From Chrysemys picta bellii (taxonomy: Eukaryota): a stretch of DNA of 64,000 nucleotides. The stretch is from the NCBI RefSeq assembly GCF_011386835.1, contig NC_088792.1, positions 178,932,001-178,996,000 on the forward strand, written 5' to 3'. Both the position numbers and the translations under genes were made by a program. Numbering within the stretch: position 1 is the first letter of the stretch; every line of letters starts with the position of its first letter. A model generated the notes under the pieces. It saw nothing but the letters and a program-made list of their open reading frames with translations. It did no database searches and had not been told where the DNA came from. Positions 51,540 through 64,000 of the stretch are shown piece by piece.

Positions 51540-52830
51540 ATCTTTCCTCATTTATCTCCCATCTTCCCCCATAAGGGTCTAGATAACTAACTCTCCCCAG
51601 ACATCCCCTCCATCTATCCTCCTCCCAGCTTTCCAGGATGTCCTCTCTTTTCACACCTCATTCTTTCCCCAGACTTTTCATTCTCTCTTCCCTTTCCCCC
51701 AAAGACCTTATTCCCCCCCCCCTTTCCTCAAACCCATCCCTTTTCCTCTATGCCCCTTATTCTCCCTCCAAACCTCTCTCTTGGCCCCTCAAACCACTTA
51801 GTCTCCCTATCCTCTGCCCCCAAACTACTCTCCCCCCAAAAGCCGTCTCCTCTTTCGCTACCAAATAGCCCTACATCCCTCATTCTTTCTTCCTTTCCTT
51901 TCCCCAAACATTCCTCCTTCTATTACCATGCTCCTCCTTCCCCATCTGTCCTCCAACCCCCTTTACTCCCAAATCCCCATTTCCTCTTCCCTGTCCCCAA
52001 CACCTATTTCCCTCCTCCCAAATTTCCTTCTCACCTCCCTTTCCCTGCAAACTCTCTTTCTCCCTTTCCTCGCCCCTTCCCTCAAGCCCCTAATTCTCTT
52101 TCTGTCCTCTCCAATAATACTCTCTCTCCCCCCAGCCCTACATCTCTCTCTGCAGACTCTTCATTCTATTCTTCCTTTCCTCAACTTCTAGAATCCCTCC
52201 CTTTCTCATAGCCCATCATTCTTGTCCCTCCCCGTCAAACTACGCTTCCTTCCTCCTTCTCACCAGTCTCCTCTTTTGCCCAAATTCATTCATTCCTCCC
52301 CTGAAATCACCCCCATTGTTCCACTTGTAATTCCTCCAGTCTTTCCTCCCATGCCTCTGTCCCCAAGATTAGTCTGAAACTTACACCTATATCCTTCCCA
52401 CTCTCTCTGCCCCATGAGATCCCGTGTTCTCTCACAGTAACCCTGACATTCCCTCTCTCTGCCCCTCAATGTGTCACATCCTTCCTATTTGCTCCACCTT
52501 TCCCAGGTCTTCTCTCATCCCTTCAACTCCCCAAATTCACCCCTCTTCTTTCTGCTTCCATCCCTTATCTCTCCCCTCCACCCCCGCCACATAGACACTG
52601 CACCCAGAGCTGCCCTCCAGCTCCTTTTTCACCTCTCTTCTTTCTGTCTCCCTGTCCTCGAGGTCCTCCAACATTATGCCTGTTCCCTCCCAGATCCCCT
52701 TTCACGTTATTCCTGCCATCCTCAAGGTCCTTTCCCACCAGGCCTGTACCCCTCCCCTCTCCATTGGGCCATTCCCCTCTTCAGGGTCTCCTGCCCATGG
52801 TGATCCTCCCTTTACCTGCCCTCAAAAGTG
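51540..52830. repeat. ~1.3-kb C/T-rich, G-poor low-complexity tract
   Basis: Read directly. It explains the Pro/Ser/Leu-rich ORFs at 51638-52803. Confidence 0.85.
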
Positions 52831-53678
52831 AGGAAAGGAGAAGACAGCTGCTCCTGGGTGGTTACTCAGTTTCCTCCATACCAGACCACCAGGCTATCCT
52901 TGCATAGGAGGGAGGGAATTGAGATAACTTTAGAGAGGAGTCTCAGCTGCAGTCTCCTGACTTTCCCACCAGGGTACACTGAAGTAACCCTACTGGCAGG
53001 ATCCTACAATGCAACTCCCTTTTTCATCAGAGCCCCTCAATTCAACAGCTCACTGTGGGAAGAGAGTTTGACTGAAAGCTCCTGCTTGCTATGTTGTAGT
53101 CTCTCTCCCTTCCCCCTCAACAGGTTGCAAATTGGAGGTGATAAAGATGTAGTTGTTTTCTCCTCCAGACTGAAAGTTGGTGCGGGACAGATTCATCCCC
53201 TTGGTAACTAGTAATATGCAGGTTGTGTTTACCATGACTGTGACTGGTTGATTATGTTGTTCGCAGTCTGATTATCCCTTTCTGGTCATGATTAGTTTTT
53301 TAAAAATTATTGAATAAAGCTTTAGGTTGGCTGGGTGGCATTTCAAGGCAGGAGTTAGAAAGTGATGCCAGTAGGTGGTATTGATTTTAAGGAACTGAAA
53401 GTGAAAACAGACAAGACGTAGGAGTGTGGGGAGGGGTTGGTGGTGTATAGGAAATGATGAAGTGTAAATGAAAAGAGGATGTGCATGGTTACTTGATTGC
53501 TGAAAGTAACTCCAGGTTGGCCTTCACTGTCACAGGTGACATTATGCCTTGGAGTTATAAATAGATTATCAGTTGAGAGGAAGGTACCTTCAGGTCACCT
53601 AGTGCCTCACATTTCTACACTGAGCTGGACTTGCAGACATTACTACAGCAAGTCCTGGAAGGTCAGGTAGAATGCTGC

Positions 53679-53680
<2 letters not shown>

Positions 53681-53752
<72 letters not shown>
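53681..53752. repeat. (TTTC)18 microsatellite
   Basis: Read directly from the sequence. Confidence 0.95.
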
Positions 53753-53755
<3 letters not shown>

Positions 53756-56640
53756 TGTAATTCCTATGAAAATTGGATAAGTACATTTAGTTCCCCTTTT
53801 AATTTGTGTGTTTTAAAGCTCCATTTCTAACCTCTCAGGAATGGACTTCCTTTAAAGGGAATAATTCAAAGAAGTAGCACTGGAAAGATTTGTGAAGAAA
53901 CAGAATAAAACTGTTTAAAGCAGGTGCGAGTGGATGTTTTCATTAATCCATCTGGCACTGGGTGGTTTGAGTTTAAAAAAAAAAAGAAATTGCTTAGCAA
54001 CCCGTGTTTAAGTTAGTGAGCTAACTCAGTGAAATATGCCAGTGATCTCCGCTCCATTGTTGAGCTTTTGGTTTTATTTTTGTGACTGTTTTTCAAGAAT
54101 GCATAAATCAAGGGCCTTTAATTTCAGAAGGACCCGTATTCCAAAGAACCAGTTTTATTTTAAAGATGGTTAAACTTCTACTAGATCTGATTATGTTATA
54201 TGGTGTAGGGTTAGGTTTTGAAAACCTCTTGTTTATAAGGAATGGTGTGTTTGTATATTTTTAAGGTTCATATAATTGTTTGTGGCAAAAAGTATTTCTG
54301 AACTTGTCTGCTGAATTTTAGGGTTAGCAAACAAAGCTTGTGTACATTTTATTAAGAATTACTTTGAATATTTTATATTTTTAGGAAGTATTGATACAAT
54401 AGTTATCCCTTAAGTTATTGTATGTGTAGCTTTCATGAAACAGTTAAAGGTGCAATTAAAGAAAAAACACTTAATTCATAGCTGGCACCCCAACGAACCT
54501 TTACTTTGTATACTTATTGCTTATTCAGGGTAAGAGCTGTGCTCTCTGGTATTCAAATGGTATTCACTGCAGAAAGTAGAAGCACTTACTGTATGTTGGA
54601 TGGAGCCCATTTGGAATCTATCTGGAAATAGATTCCCCATTCTGTATCTCTCCTCTTTATGTGTCCATTGCTAGTACTATTTCTTAATTGTGAAACTACC
54701 AGATATTACTCTTTTCTTATTTCAAATTTAATTACTGCACTGGTGTAGAGCTGAGAGGTTTAGGGTCAGGGAAAGACTCCAGAGCACATGTGAACACGAG
54801 GAGCTGTTCATTCCAGGTGGTGCTGAATAGAGTGTCTGTATGCTACCAAGAAAAATGGACTCTATTTATTGTTTAAAGTATCTCTCTCTCTTTCTCTCTG
54901 TGCTGTGTTTTCCTCTATGTCCATGTGTGTGAGCTGTGTGTTTCTGTGCAAGTGCATATATAACTGCGTCTGTGTACATGGAGAGGGGAAGCGAGGTGGA
55001 AATGAGGAAGGAATGCCATTTCCCCTACTCAGTGATTCAGTCAGGACTAAAGTGATGCTTAGTGCACAGGAAATATCCCCTTCCCTACACACCTACGGGT
55101 TACCTCCCATTTAATGCATTTCATGTGTACACTCCTGCTGCTCAAACACAGCCTATAGTGTTTTCCTGCCAACTGCTACAAGCAGGGTTGCATCCCCTTT
55201 TGATCCGGTCATTGTCTTGTTCCAGGATACTCGCTGGGATAGGTTGCAGCGTGCTGTTGCTTTGCTTTATTTGAACTTTAAATCCATTATTATTATTATC
55301 TATATGCAGATGGAGTTAGTGCTACACTTCTCCACCCTTAAATTTAATGGCAACCACTAGTTAACAGCAGTTTTATTTATCTACTTCAGCTGCAAGTTAT
55401 AATTATACCATTACTGCTGTTATCTGTATTGTTGCCAGATTGCACACACACAGTCAATTACATAATTTGGGTAGAGCAAGGAGTTGGTATGTTTCTCAAA
55501 AACAATTTATAAACAATTAAGCAAGACAAACTTTATCTGCCCCTCCAATCAGATTATATTCATAGTTTATTTTTCATATTACTTTCATTAATTAGTTTTC
55601 AAACAAATATTTGTTTATGATGTTTGTTTCCAAATACTGATCAATTATAGTATTATAAATATTCCCTACTGTGAAATTCCAAATGCTGTTCAATTAGTAT
55701 ACTCTATCATATCTTATTCAAGCCTTCTTGGACTGATTAAAAAGAAACAACGTTGTTTTCCAAACTAAGAGGACTATTCTCCCTACTGATGTACACATGC
55801 CAATCCTAGTAATCTCAGTTATATGCTCATATCAAGAGGATAATATTTCTCAAAGGACTTCAATTGCCTCTTGTGCATCAATGAATGTAGCTAAGGAACA
55901 TTATAAAACTATAGACTGATATAAAATGCTTTTTTGCTTATCTGATACTGTATCAGTCCATGTGCAAATAAATGCTATATCTGAAAACTAAATGTGCTTA
56001 CACAAGGACCTCAGCTCCACACCACAAGAATGTGTTCTCACTTTATTTTTTGAAAACTATAAAGGGCCTAATTTTTTAAAATTACTAGTGATTTAGGTGC
56101 ATCAATTTCTGGGTGCCCAACCTGAGATACTTTAAAGGGGCGCAAATTCTCAGCATCTGACCTCTGAAAATCAGGCCCTTTTGAAGGTCTCCATTTGGGC
56201 ATCCAAAAATTAAGGGACATAAAATTACTGCTTCTGAAAACTTATGCCTACATTTGTTAAAACTGGCTAATCACATAAAGTATCTCTTCCCCTCGTTCCT
56301 ATGCCATCCCTAGAACATCTCCAATTTTCACCCTACATACTGACCTATTCAGATGTTAGTTGTGTTACAGAAGGCTATATTTAAAAATGTTAAATGATGG
56401 AACCATCTGGGAAGCAGAGAGCTTCCAGGCTGGAGAAATTATATCTAATTACTGATAAGGGGACAGACCATTTAGTGACTCATACTTAATGATCTAAGGT
56501 GGGGAGTGTTGTATTTCTTATCAGACAGGAAAAATAACTTGTAATGTTGGGAAATCTTATTGCAGTGAATTGGTTGAGGTAGTAGATAGGTGGGTGTTAA
56601 TAGTTAAGGTAGTGTTTGATCTCTTTATTGGTACATTATT

Positions 56641-56838
56641 AGGGGGAGGGATAGCTCAGTGATTTGAGCATTGACCTGCTAAACCCAGGGTTGTGAGTTC
56701 AATCCTTGAGGGGGCCACTTGGGGATCTGGGGCAAAATTAGTACTTGGTCCTGCTATTGAAGGCAGGGGGCTGGACTCCATGACCTTTCAAGGTCCCTTC
56801 CAGTTCTAGGAGATGGGATATCTCCATTATTTATTATA
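56641..56838 (+). mobile_element. Tortoise PolIII/SINE (tRNA-derived head, CR1-derived tail)
   Basis: A-box TAGCTCAGTG, B-box GTTCAATCC. The 3' part GGGGGCTGGACT...TGACCT...GGTCCCTTCCAG matches the CR1 3' end at 46900-46950. TTAT tail. Confidence 0.88.
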
Positions 56839-58274
56839 CATTCAATCGGACCTGCTTGCCAGCAATTGACCTATACCTGTCCATCTGTAAGTAGCTAGAT
56901 AAAGGTCGATAGTGTCCTATATGGCATTTCCATACATGGAATGGATATTTCAGCTAGAGAAAGGATCCAACAGTAAACTTTGGACCACAGCCATTTTTAA
57001 AAGTGTTTCCAAGCTGATTGACCTTTGGAAGAAGTCATCATCATGTCAGGCTGCTATGGAGACTTTCTGAGCTTGTTCAAGGAGGTCACCCAGTGTCATT
57101 CCCCACTTGAATTCGTTTGCTTGTCGGGGAGTAAAGTCTTGTCAGAGGAAAGAGACCGTGCTTTGGAGAAGGTGGCAGGGCAGAACGCTTGCTTAAGTGA
57201 GTGAATGGTCACTGAAGATGGAATGTTCCCTCCAAAAAGCCATGATTATCCTCTGTGGTTATGATTTACAGGAGGCCCATGGAGCATATTATAAACTGGA
57301 TCAGCCCTGAAGTTCTGCTCAGATCTAAGTGTACTCAAATTAATTGGTAATCTCACATTGGGAACCAGATCCTCAGCTGATGTAAAGCTGCATAGCTCTA
57401 TTGACTTCAGTGGAGGTACACAACTTACACCTGCTGATGATATGACCCCATAAGCAAACATACAGCTCTTCTCCCTCTTCCATTGTGAAATACCTGTTTA
57501 TTTTGTTTTATGAAGGGGCCAAATGCTCCCATAGAATGTGAGCTGCAGATGCAGAAATAAAGCAGCAACTTATATTTGAAAATGCTACAAAAGTCACTTT
57601 TCTGGGAGAAAAAGATGGAGTCATATAATAAATAATATCACAAAAAGATACAATAAAAAAATCCATAATATTTACTGACTGCAAAGAAAAGTGGGTGTGG
57701 TCTCTGGACAGATATGTGGAGTCAGCAGGTGCTGCTCTTGAAATAGTGATTAACTCACACAGAAAACTATCACAAATTAACGCTGCTTCAAGCAGCATTA
57801 AATCACAATTTGCAGGAATTGGAGGGGGCAGGATAAGGAGACTGATGAATGGCTAAAGGAGCCAGAAAATTCTCAGAAGAAGTTGTTTCTGTGGTGAAGA
57901 GACAGGGGATGGGACATGAAGTGGAACAGCAGTGAGTGTTGGCCAGCCTTATACTGAATAAGGTCCCAATCATTCTTCGGTTGAAATCAAAGGGATCTTA
58001 TGTTTTCACACGCAGTGGCATCTTTCCCACAAACTTGGGTGAACAACTGATTTTTTTTGTTCTCTGGCAGTTCTGAAAAACCACAGAGAAAGAATTGTTT
58101 AACCCCAAAATTTTGGCACATCAAAAATTCTAGTTTGGGTGTCATTTGACCTGAAATGTTTTGTTTGGAGGCATTTTTAAACAGCTAGATTCAAAAAAAG
58201 GCTGGAGAAGGAAGGTTCCATCTCATAATTTTTAACCAGGAGGAGAAGGATGGTGGTGGTCTCCTTATAATTGT

Positions 58275-58529
58275 TAGTGTAGTGGTTATAATGTTCACCT
58301 GGGATGTGGGAAACCTGCGTTCAATTCCTCCCCTTTTGCTGATGTGGAGAAAAGACTTTAACTTGTGTTGCAAACACTGTAGGTGAGTGCCCTAACCACT
58401 GGGCTATTCTGGTGTGTGTCTCTCTTGTTGAAGCTGTTCCACTTTTTATAAATGACTAATTATCATTAGAGCAGGGATTTCAGCTTGGGTCTCCCACATC
58501 CTCAGTGAGTGCCCTAACCCCGCTGGGTA
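58275..58529. mobile_element. Old repeat with three tRNA-like modules in opposing orientation
   Basis: Modules at 58275-58328 (+), 58381-58406 (-) and 58475-58529 (-) share GGTTAGGGCACTCACC / GGATGTGGGA.ACC. Confidence 0.45.
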
Positions 58530-60459
58530 ATTCTCACTCTCTCTTTCTCTGACCTAAGGGTTATTCTTTGTCATTTTGAGGGCTACTGTGAAGGGCACTA
58601 TGAATGATGTTTTTCAGGGGCTAAGTTGATGTACAGTTTTTTTTTTTCCAATGGCAGGGTAGCTTTTCCCATGGCATCCCCCTGCACATTGAATTATATA
58701 GAAGGATATGATATCATTTTCTGTAGTGGTCAAGGAACAAGTTTCAATAATTATTTTCAGGTACTTATCTTTTCATTCTGTAAAATAAGTCATATTGTTT
58801 ATGAAACCATTTCAAAGGCTGTTTAAAAAAATGAATTGGCTTGATGATATTATTGGATTTTCCTGGGGAAATCTGCATCCCATTCATTTTTAATTCTTTC
58901 TAAAGCTCATCACTTGGTTTGAAGTCTTTTCAGTTTACCCTTTGGCCACACTTAAATACAGCATTAGGCCACTAACCCAATTAATCAACACCTTAGTTAT
59001 TTAAAATGTTATTAAATGTCCTCTTTTGGGTTGTTGTAAAATGTATAATCCCCAAATATTATATAGGAATATAAAATACCCTGGATTCAGGGTTTTAACA
59101 GATTAGAAATGAGATAAAGGGGTAACCTAAAGGACAGATTTATGTTTTTAAAGTTACTGTAACTGTAAGCTTAGGGAGATTGGGGTTCATGAGAACAATG
59201 AAGAAGTAGCTAAAATCATGCCCAAGTGAAGGCTTTGCGGGGTGTGGGGGGTGTTAATATGTATTCAGTTTTGTTTCTTAAGCAATATCAGGTAAGAATT
59301 CCTACCTGGACAAATTCCACTTACTTTGCCACAATTTCCACCCTCTCTCCTGGCTTTACTGCCATGGAGATCCTCATGAGCCCAAATGACAGCATTTGAC
59401 TACACATTACTCTAAGAGAGATATTTGTTAAAGGGCTTGTGTGACTGGCCTCTCCTTTGCCATCACAACTTGCATCAGCAAAATTTGTGCCTGCATTTTT
59501 GCATCTTCAATTGATTTGTAAATCCAGTCTTAGTACTTCTGCCTTTAACTGTCTAATTTAGAGTACAACTACAGGTACAAACTCTGAAATGTGCATGCAC
59601 AATTCATTTTTTTTTGTCTCTGTTTCACACCAATAAACAGGAAGACAAGTCCCCAGTCTACTGAAAATATACACCTAAATTCAGGGTAAATATCATAGGG
59701 AGAATATGCCTTTTATGATTAAGGACTATTGGCCATATCCAGAGCTCAATGAAGTAAATGGAAATACTCCAATTGACTTCAGTAGTATTTGGATCAGGTC
59801 CTATATTCAGACAGGCAAAAGATCATGGGGAGGCATGTAAAGGGAAGATTTCCCTATGCTCTACCAGTTCATATAAAAATAACAACTCATCATCCAGGGC
59901 TTATGCCACGTGCTGGGAGAGCAGGGTGTAGCTTGTCAGAAGTGGAGAAACATGAAGAAGAAAAATTACACACAGTAAGTTCCCCCTCAAAGTCCTGAAA
60001 ATGTTGGTGGAAATAGCTTATAGCAGCTTTAACTTCCACTACATTCCTGTAGCACTCCATCACAGGGGTCCTGTGAGAATGTCCAATAGTACTCCACCCT
60101 AGGGCGTGTGAACTACTCCATCGACATGTTCATGTAAGCATATTCACGGGGCAGTGAGCCTATAGGAGTATGGTCACTGAGCTGCCATTGCTGTAGAATG
60201 GGATGCTGGGAATCATGAGGAAGCAGGACACACACACATCTATGGTCAAGTGCCACAAATGGGATGTCTTTTACTACAGCTGTCTGGATTACACATGATT
60301 TTCAGGGTACAGTTCTGCTCCACTGCTGTTCCCATGCTTCCAGGAAGATGTGGCAAAATTTGTCTCTGTAAGAAATCAGAGTATCCAGCTGTAAATGCCC
60401 ACTTTCTATGCTTTATGTGGAAAGGGGTGATATGACTCTACATGATCCCTTGGCACACA

Positions 60460-60767
60460 ATGAGTACAGATGTATCAGTTAAAAATTATAAAATTATTTG
60501 TGCAAACCCAGTGCTTTGGAAAAATGGCTTTAAAAATCATTAGATTTAAAAAAAAACACATTTGGGGATTCTATTTACTTGCCTTCTGTTTTATGAGCTT
60601 TTGGAGTACATGTTTTCAAATGTATCTCTGCAACCATGAATACAAACTTAATTTCAGTTTCCATTAAAAAAAATTTCACATAATCACTTGCTCCCAAGAA
60701 CTGGGACACCAAACACACCAAAAATCATGAGACTCCCAATAATATTGTTAGAATTGGCAATGCTGTT
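60460..60767. mobile_element. AT-rich hAT-like remnant
   Basis: Right end GAATTGGCAATGCTG preceded by CATGAGACTCCCAATAA. Left end and TSD not resolved. Confidence 0.35.
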
Positions 60768-61420
60768 AAATTGTGCATATTAACAATAAGTTGGGGGGTA
60801 ATTCTTAGCAACACTTACTGTCGGGCATAATGCTACTCTGAGTAGACTTATTTGTTTAATGGGGACTACTCATAGTGATACCCACTGTACCTGACAGTAA
60901 GTGTAGCATCAGGCCTAAAATTTGTAAGCTTTTCTAAATATACCTGAAAATTATTGATGTTGAAAGAATTTCCCAGGTCATCTACCATCAGACCACTTTT
61001 GGTACTAATAAGGTTTGCTGTGATTATGTGTATGATAACCAGTTCATTATGCTTCAAAGTTGTAATTTTAAAATGTTAATCATTTCTAACTTAATGGCAA
61101 AACATAAACAAATTTAATTTTATACTGTCTTGGTAATGAATATTCATAGCAGAACATTTCTCATGTATAAAATGCATCAAATCTCAGCAAAGTGTCATTT
61201 GTGACATTTAAATTACATTAATTTAAAATAGATTTTACATTATGTCAGGAATCTTAAAAATCTTTAAAATTATATTGTCATAGTTAACAAGAATGTTTTC
61301 TATATCCAGAATATTTTTAGGGTAAAATTCTTCCCTTGGTTATAATCATGCAATTCCATTGAAATCATTGGGATTGTAGTGATATATCTGAGGTAGAAAT
61401 TGGTCCTTAGTATATGCCTT

Positions 61421-61590
61421 CATACATTCACAGATTCCAAGGCCAGAAATGACCACTGTATCACATAGGCCACAGAACTTGCACAAAATAATTCCTAGAA
61501 CAGGTTATTTAGAAAAACAAACAATCTTGATTTTAAAATTGTCAGTGATGGAGAATCCACCATGACCCTGAGTAAATTGTTCCAATGGTT
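61421..61590 (-). mobile_element. Old CR1 3' fragment
   Basis: CACAGATTCCAAGGCCAGAAATGACCACTG...GTGATGGAGAATCCACCA...TTGTTCCAATGGTT, the same type of reverse CR1 end as at 25917. Confidence 0.6.
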
Positions 61591-64000
61591 GTTCCTTTCC
61601 TTCAACTAGATTTCATTTGGGTGCTATTATTGGATACCTTAATAAACGTAAGTATTTGCATGTAGTGTAGACATTCCACATGGCATAATAATAGTTTCCA
61701 TTGCTTGAAATTACAGTTTAATCTATATGAAATGAAATAAATCAAATGAGATGAAGATGGTTCCTGCACCAGAATTTTAATGAGTAGCAAATTTAGCAAG
61801 AAAACAAGGAAGCGCACTTGAAAACTAAATTGACTTTGGGCTAGAGCTTATATTCCTTGTGCACCCCAAACGCATATTAATTTCATTTGGCTTATTGGGT
61901 GCATAAGAAATGCAAGAGTGAGTCCCAATTGTTCATATGTTGATATATTATATTAACACCTACAAATTTACCTGACGTAACTATTATGGATGACACGAAC
62001 ATACCCCAGTACATTTCAGTTAATGATGGAATTATGCATAATTTATAATACAATATGACTTTCTGAATGTAACTTGCAGTATTTGGACACATATTTGGTT
62101 AACAGATATTAAGCAAACTAAATATCTGATACATTATTAAAATGATATAAAACTTCGTTATGTCCAAGTCTGCATATACCTAATGGTAGAATGCTTGAAA
62201 TAGTTTCCCCATTTATTTTATAACAATAAACATTACATTTGTAACACAAATAGATCAGGGTTTAAATTTGTAAAGATTGTAAATAATGTTTATGTTAGGA
62301 GTCAGAAGAACATTCACTTACTCAGAAAGAAACAATATTAATCACATGGGGCTCAGTCCTGTGAGATGCTTGGTACCTTTAACTCACACTGATTTTGATG
62401 TGAATTAGGGTACTCAGCTCCCTACAGTTTTTGGACTTTGCTGAGAAAATATTTCCAGTTCTGTTAGTCTAGCTTCAGTTCTGTGAAATAGCTAGGCTAA
62501 GTTTTAAAATGGAAATAGAAATTATCTTTAAATGTTGTTAGTTTTGTTAAAAATGCATCCCCTACATTTCAGCTCTTATTTTGTATCCTTCTTTCTGGGA
62601 CTGAATGCCTTTCATAAGTGTTTAAGTACAAGTTCAAATACAAAGCTACTATAAGGGGATCTTGCTACATACAGAACTCTCTTTGAAGTCAATGGGCATG
62701 TTGTTTATGTGAATCAGTCAATCTGGCCTAAGTGCTAAAATAACATTAGGGACAAGGGGGTTAAACCATCAAATCACCCTTAAAATTAAGCCTAAAAAGT
62801 CTAAAGCTTGTCCCATTATGCCAGAGCTTTGCAGTATAATCTATGGGGGGTTTGTCAACTCAGAGTAAGATATGTCAAAAATTATGACGGAACAAGAAAT
62901 TAATAATTGCATCATACTGTTCCTTGAAAAAGAGAGTACTCTGATTCCATGCCAGGCTCTCCTCTCTGACAGCATATATCAGTGCAGTTTTCATATATAA
63001 TTGTCTTCCCTAACTTTCTTTGCTAGAAAAATACAGAAAAGAAATGTGGAGATTTGACATAACTATGTTTAGCTGTTAAGAAATCCTCTGAGTCTCTGGT
63101 GGCCCTTCCTCACACAGATCCTTCAGTCATTGGCGTCCCACATGAGCCCACGGACCTTATTTTGTAGCTTGTTTCCCTCAACAATATTGACCAGTAATGT
63201 TGCTATAGCTATCTCTTGTTTAGGTGATGTGGCCAGCTTGCAAATCCTCTATTTTCACTTTTTTCCATTATCCAATTGTGCTGCCGTTTCTCCAGAGTTT
63301 TCCATAACATACCCTGAATTACCCTAAGGTTCAAGACTCTTGGGGCCTGACTTTCTCTGCTTTGGTCCTGACCACTCCACCATTTCAACAGAGTGCAGAT
63401 GTCACGTGTTGCTGTTTTACTGCAGTGTTTCTCCTGTTGGGAACATGCTGCTTGCACATTTGTAAACAGTGAGTGGGGTATGCTGCCTCTTTTTGTTTTA
63501 ACTTACTAGATACATATTCTGCTTATGCTCAGCTGATGAGAACATATAGCCCTAAATGATCATCCTGTGTTTTAAGGCCCCATGATAAAGAGCCATATAA
63601 TCTACAAGATCATTTCATGAACCCAGTTAAGTGAATAATTCCACAGAGTGATTACTTCTACTGTCTGCATTCTGACTGCTCTCTGGTTCCACACTATTAA
63701 AGATGATTTAGTGGAAACGTTGAGGTGGAAAGGTAAGAATAGACTGATTTTAACTAGTACTGAACAGCGCATCACTTCTATTTAAAACAGTCTGGCGTGT
63801 TCATCCAATCATGAACAATTTTCATTTTGTCTCATCACCATGTTTGTTCATCAGGGTATTCCATAAGGTTTGTTCTAGTGCAATCTGAAAGGAGCCTCCA
63901 TCGGCAGAGCTGTGAATAATTTTCAAACAATGTAATGGCTTGTTTCAGAAGCACTGCATTATATAGAGTTGTACGCCACGGCGTGGTATATTATTTATAG

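Noticed and set aside
51638-52803. Pro/Ser/Leu-rich ORFs
   Set aside because: They are translations of the C/T low-complexity tract.
63700-63740. Donor-like AAG|GTAAGA as an alternative PHACTR1 exon
   Set aside because: There is no clear acceptor, open frame or promoter signal upstream, and isolated donor matches are common in introns.

Overview
This is vertebrate genomic DNA, almost certainly from a turtle. The repeat content points there: a tortoise-type tRNA/CR1-tail SINE, PsCR1-like CR1, and abundant Penelope, DIRS, Harbinger and hAT copies. There are no prokaryotic features or CRISPR arrays. One host gene is recognisable, PHACTR1 on the + strand. Its first two coding exons are at 36965-37028 (MDYFLDVESAHRLMLYSQGAQ) and 50965-51111 ([49 protein letters not shown]), with matching phase-1 GT-AG splice sites; the rest of the gene lies beyond the window. 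Most other long ORFs in the track belong to decayed transposons or low-complexity DNA. I found no support for a wholly new biological system. The best leads are: (1) hammerhead-ribozyme cores in the Penelope terminal repeats, including a 203-bp hairpin mini-element with the same end architecture as a 3-kb Penelope copy; (2) an internally deleted DIRS whose gag-like ORF is fused in frame to the tyrosine recombinase; (3) a second, in-frame splice donor 162 nt downstream of the PHACTR1 exon; (4) several nested insertions with readable target-site duplications (TSDs). All family assignments come from motif recognition by eye; no database searches were run.
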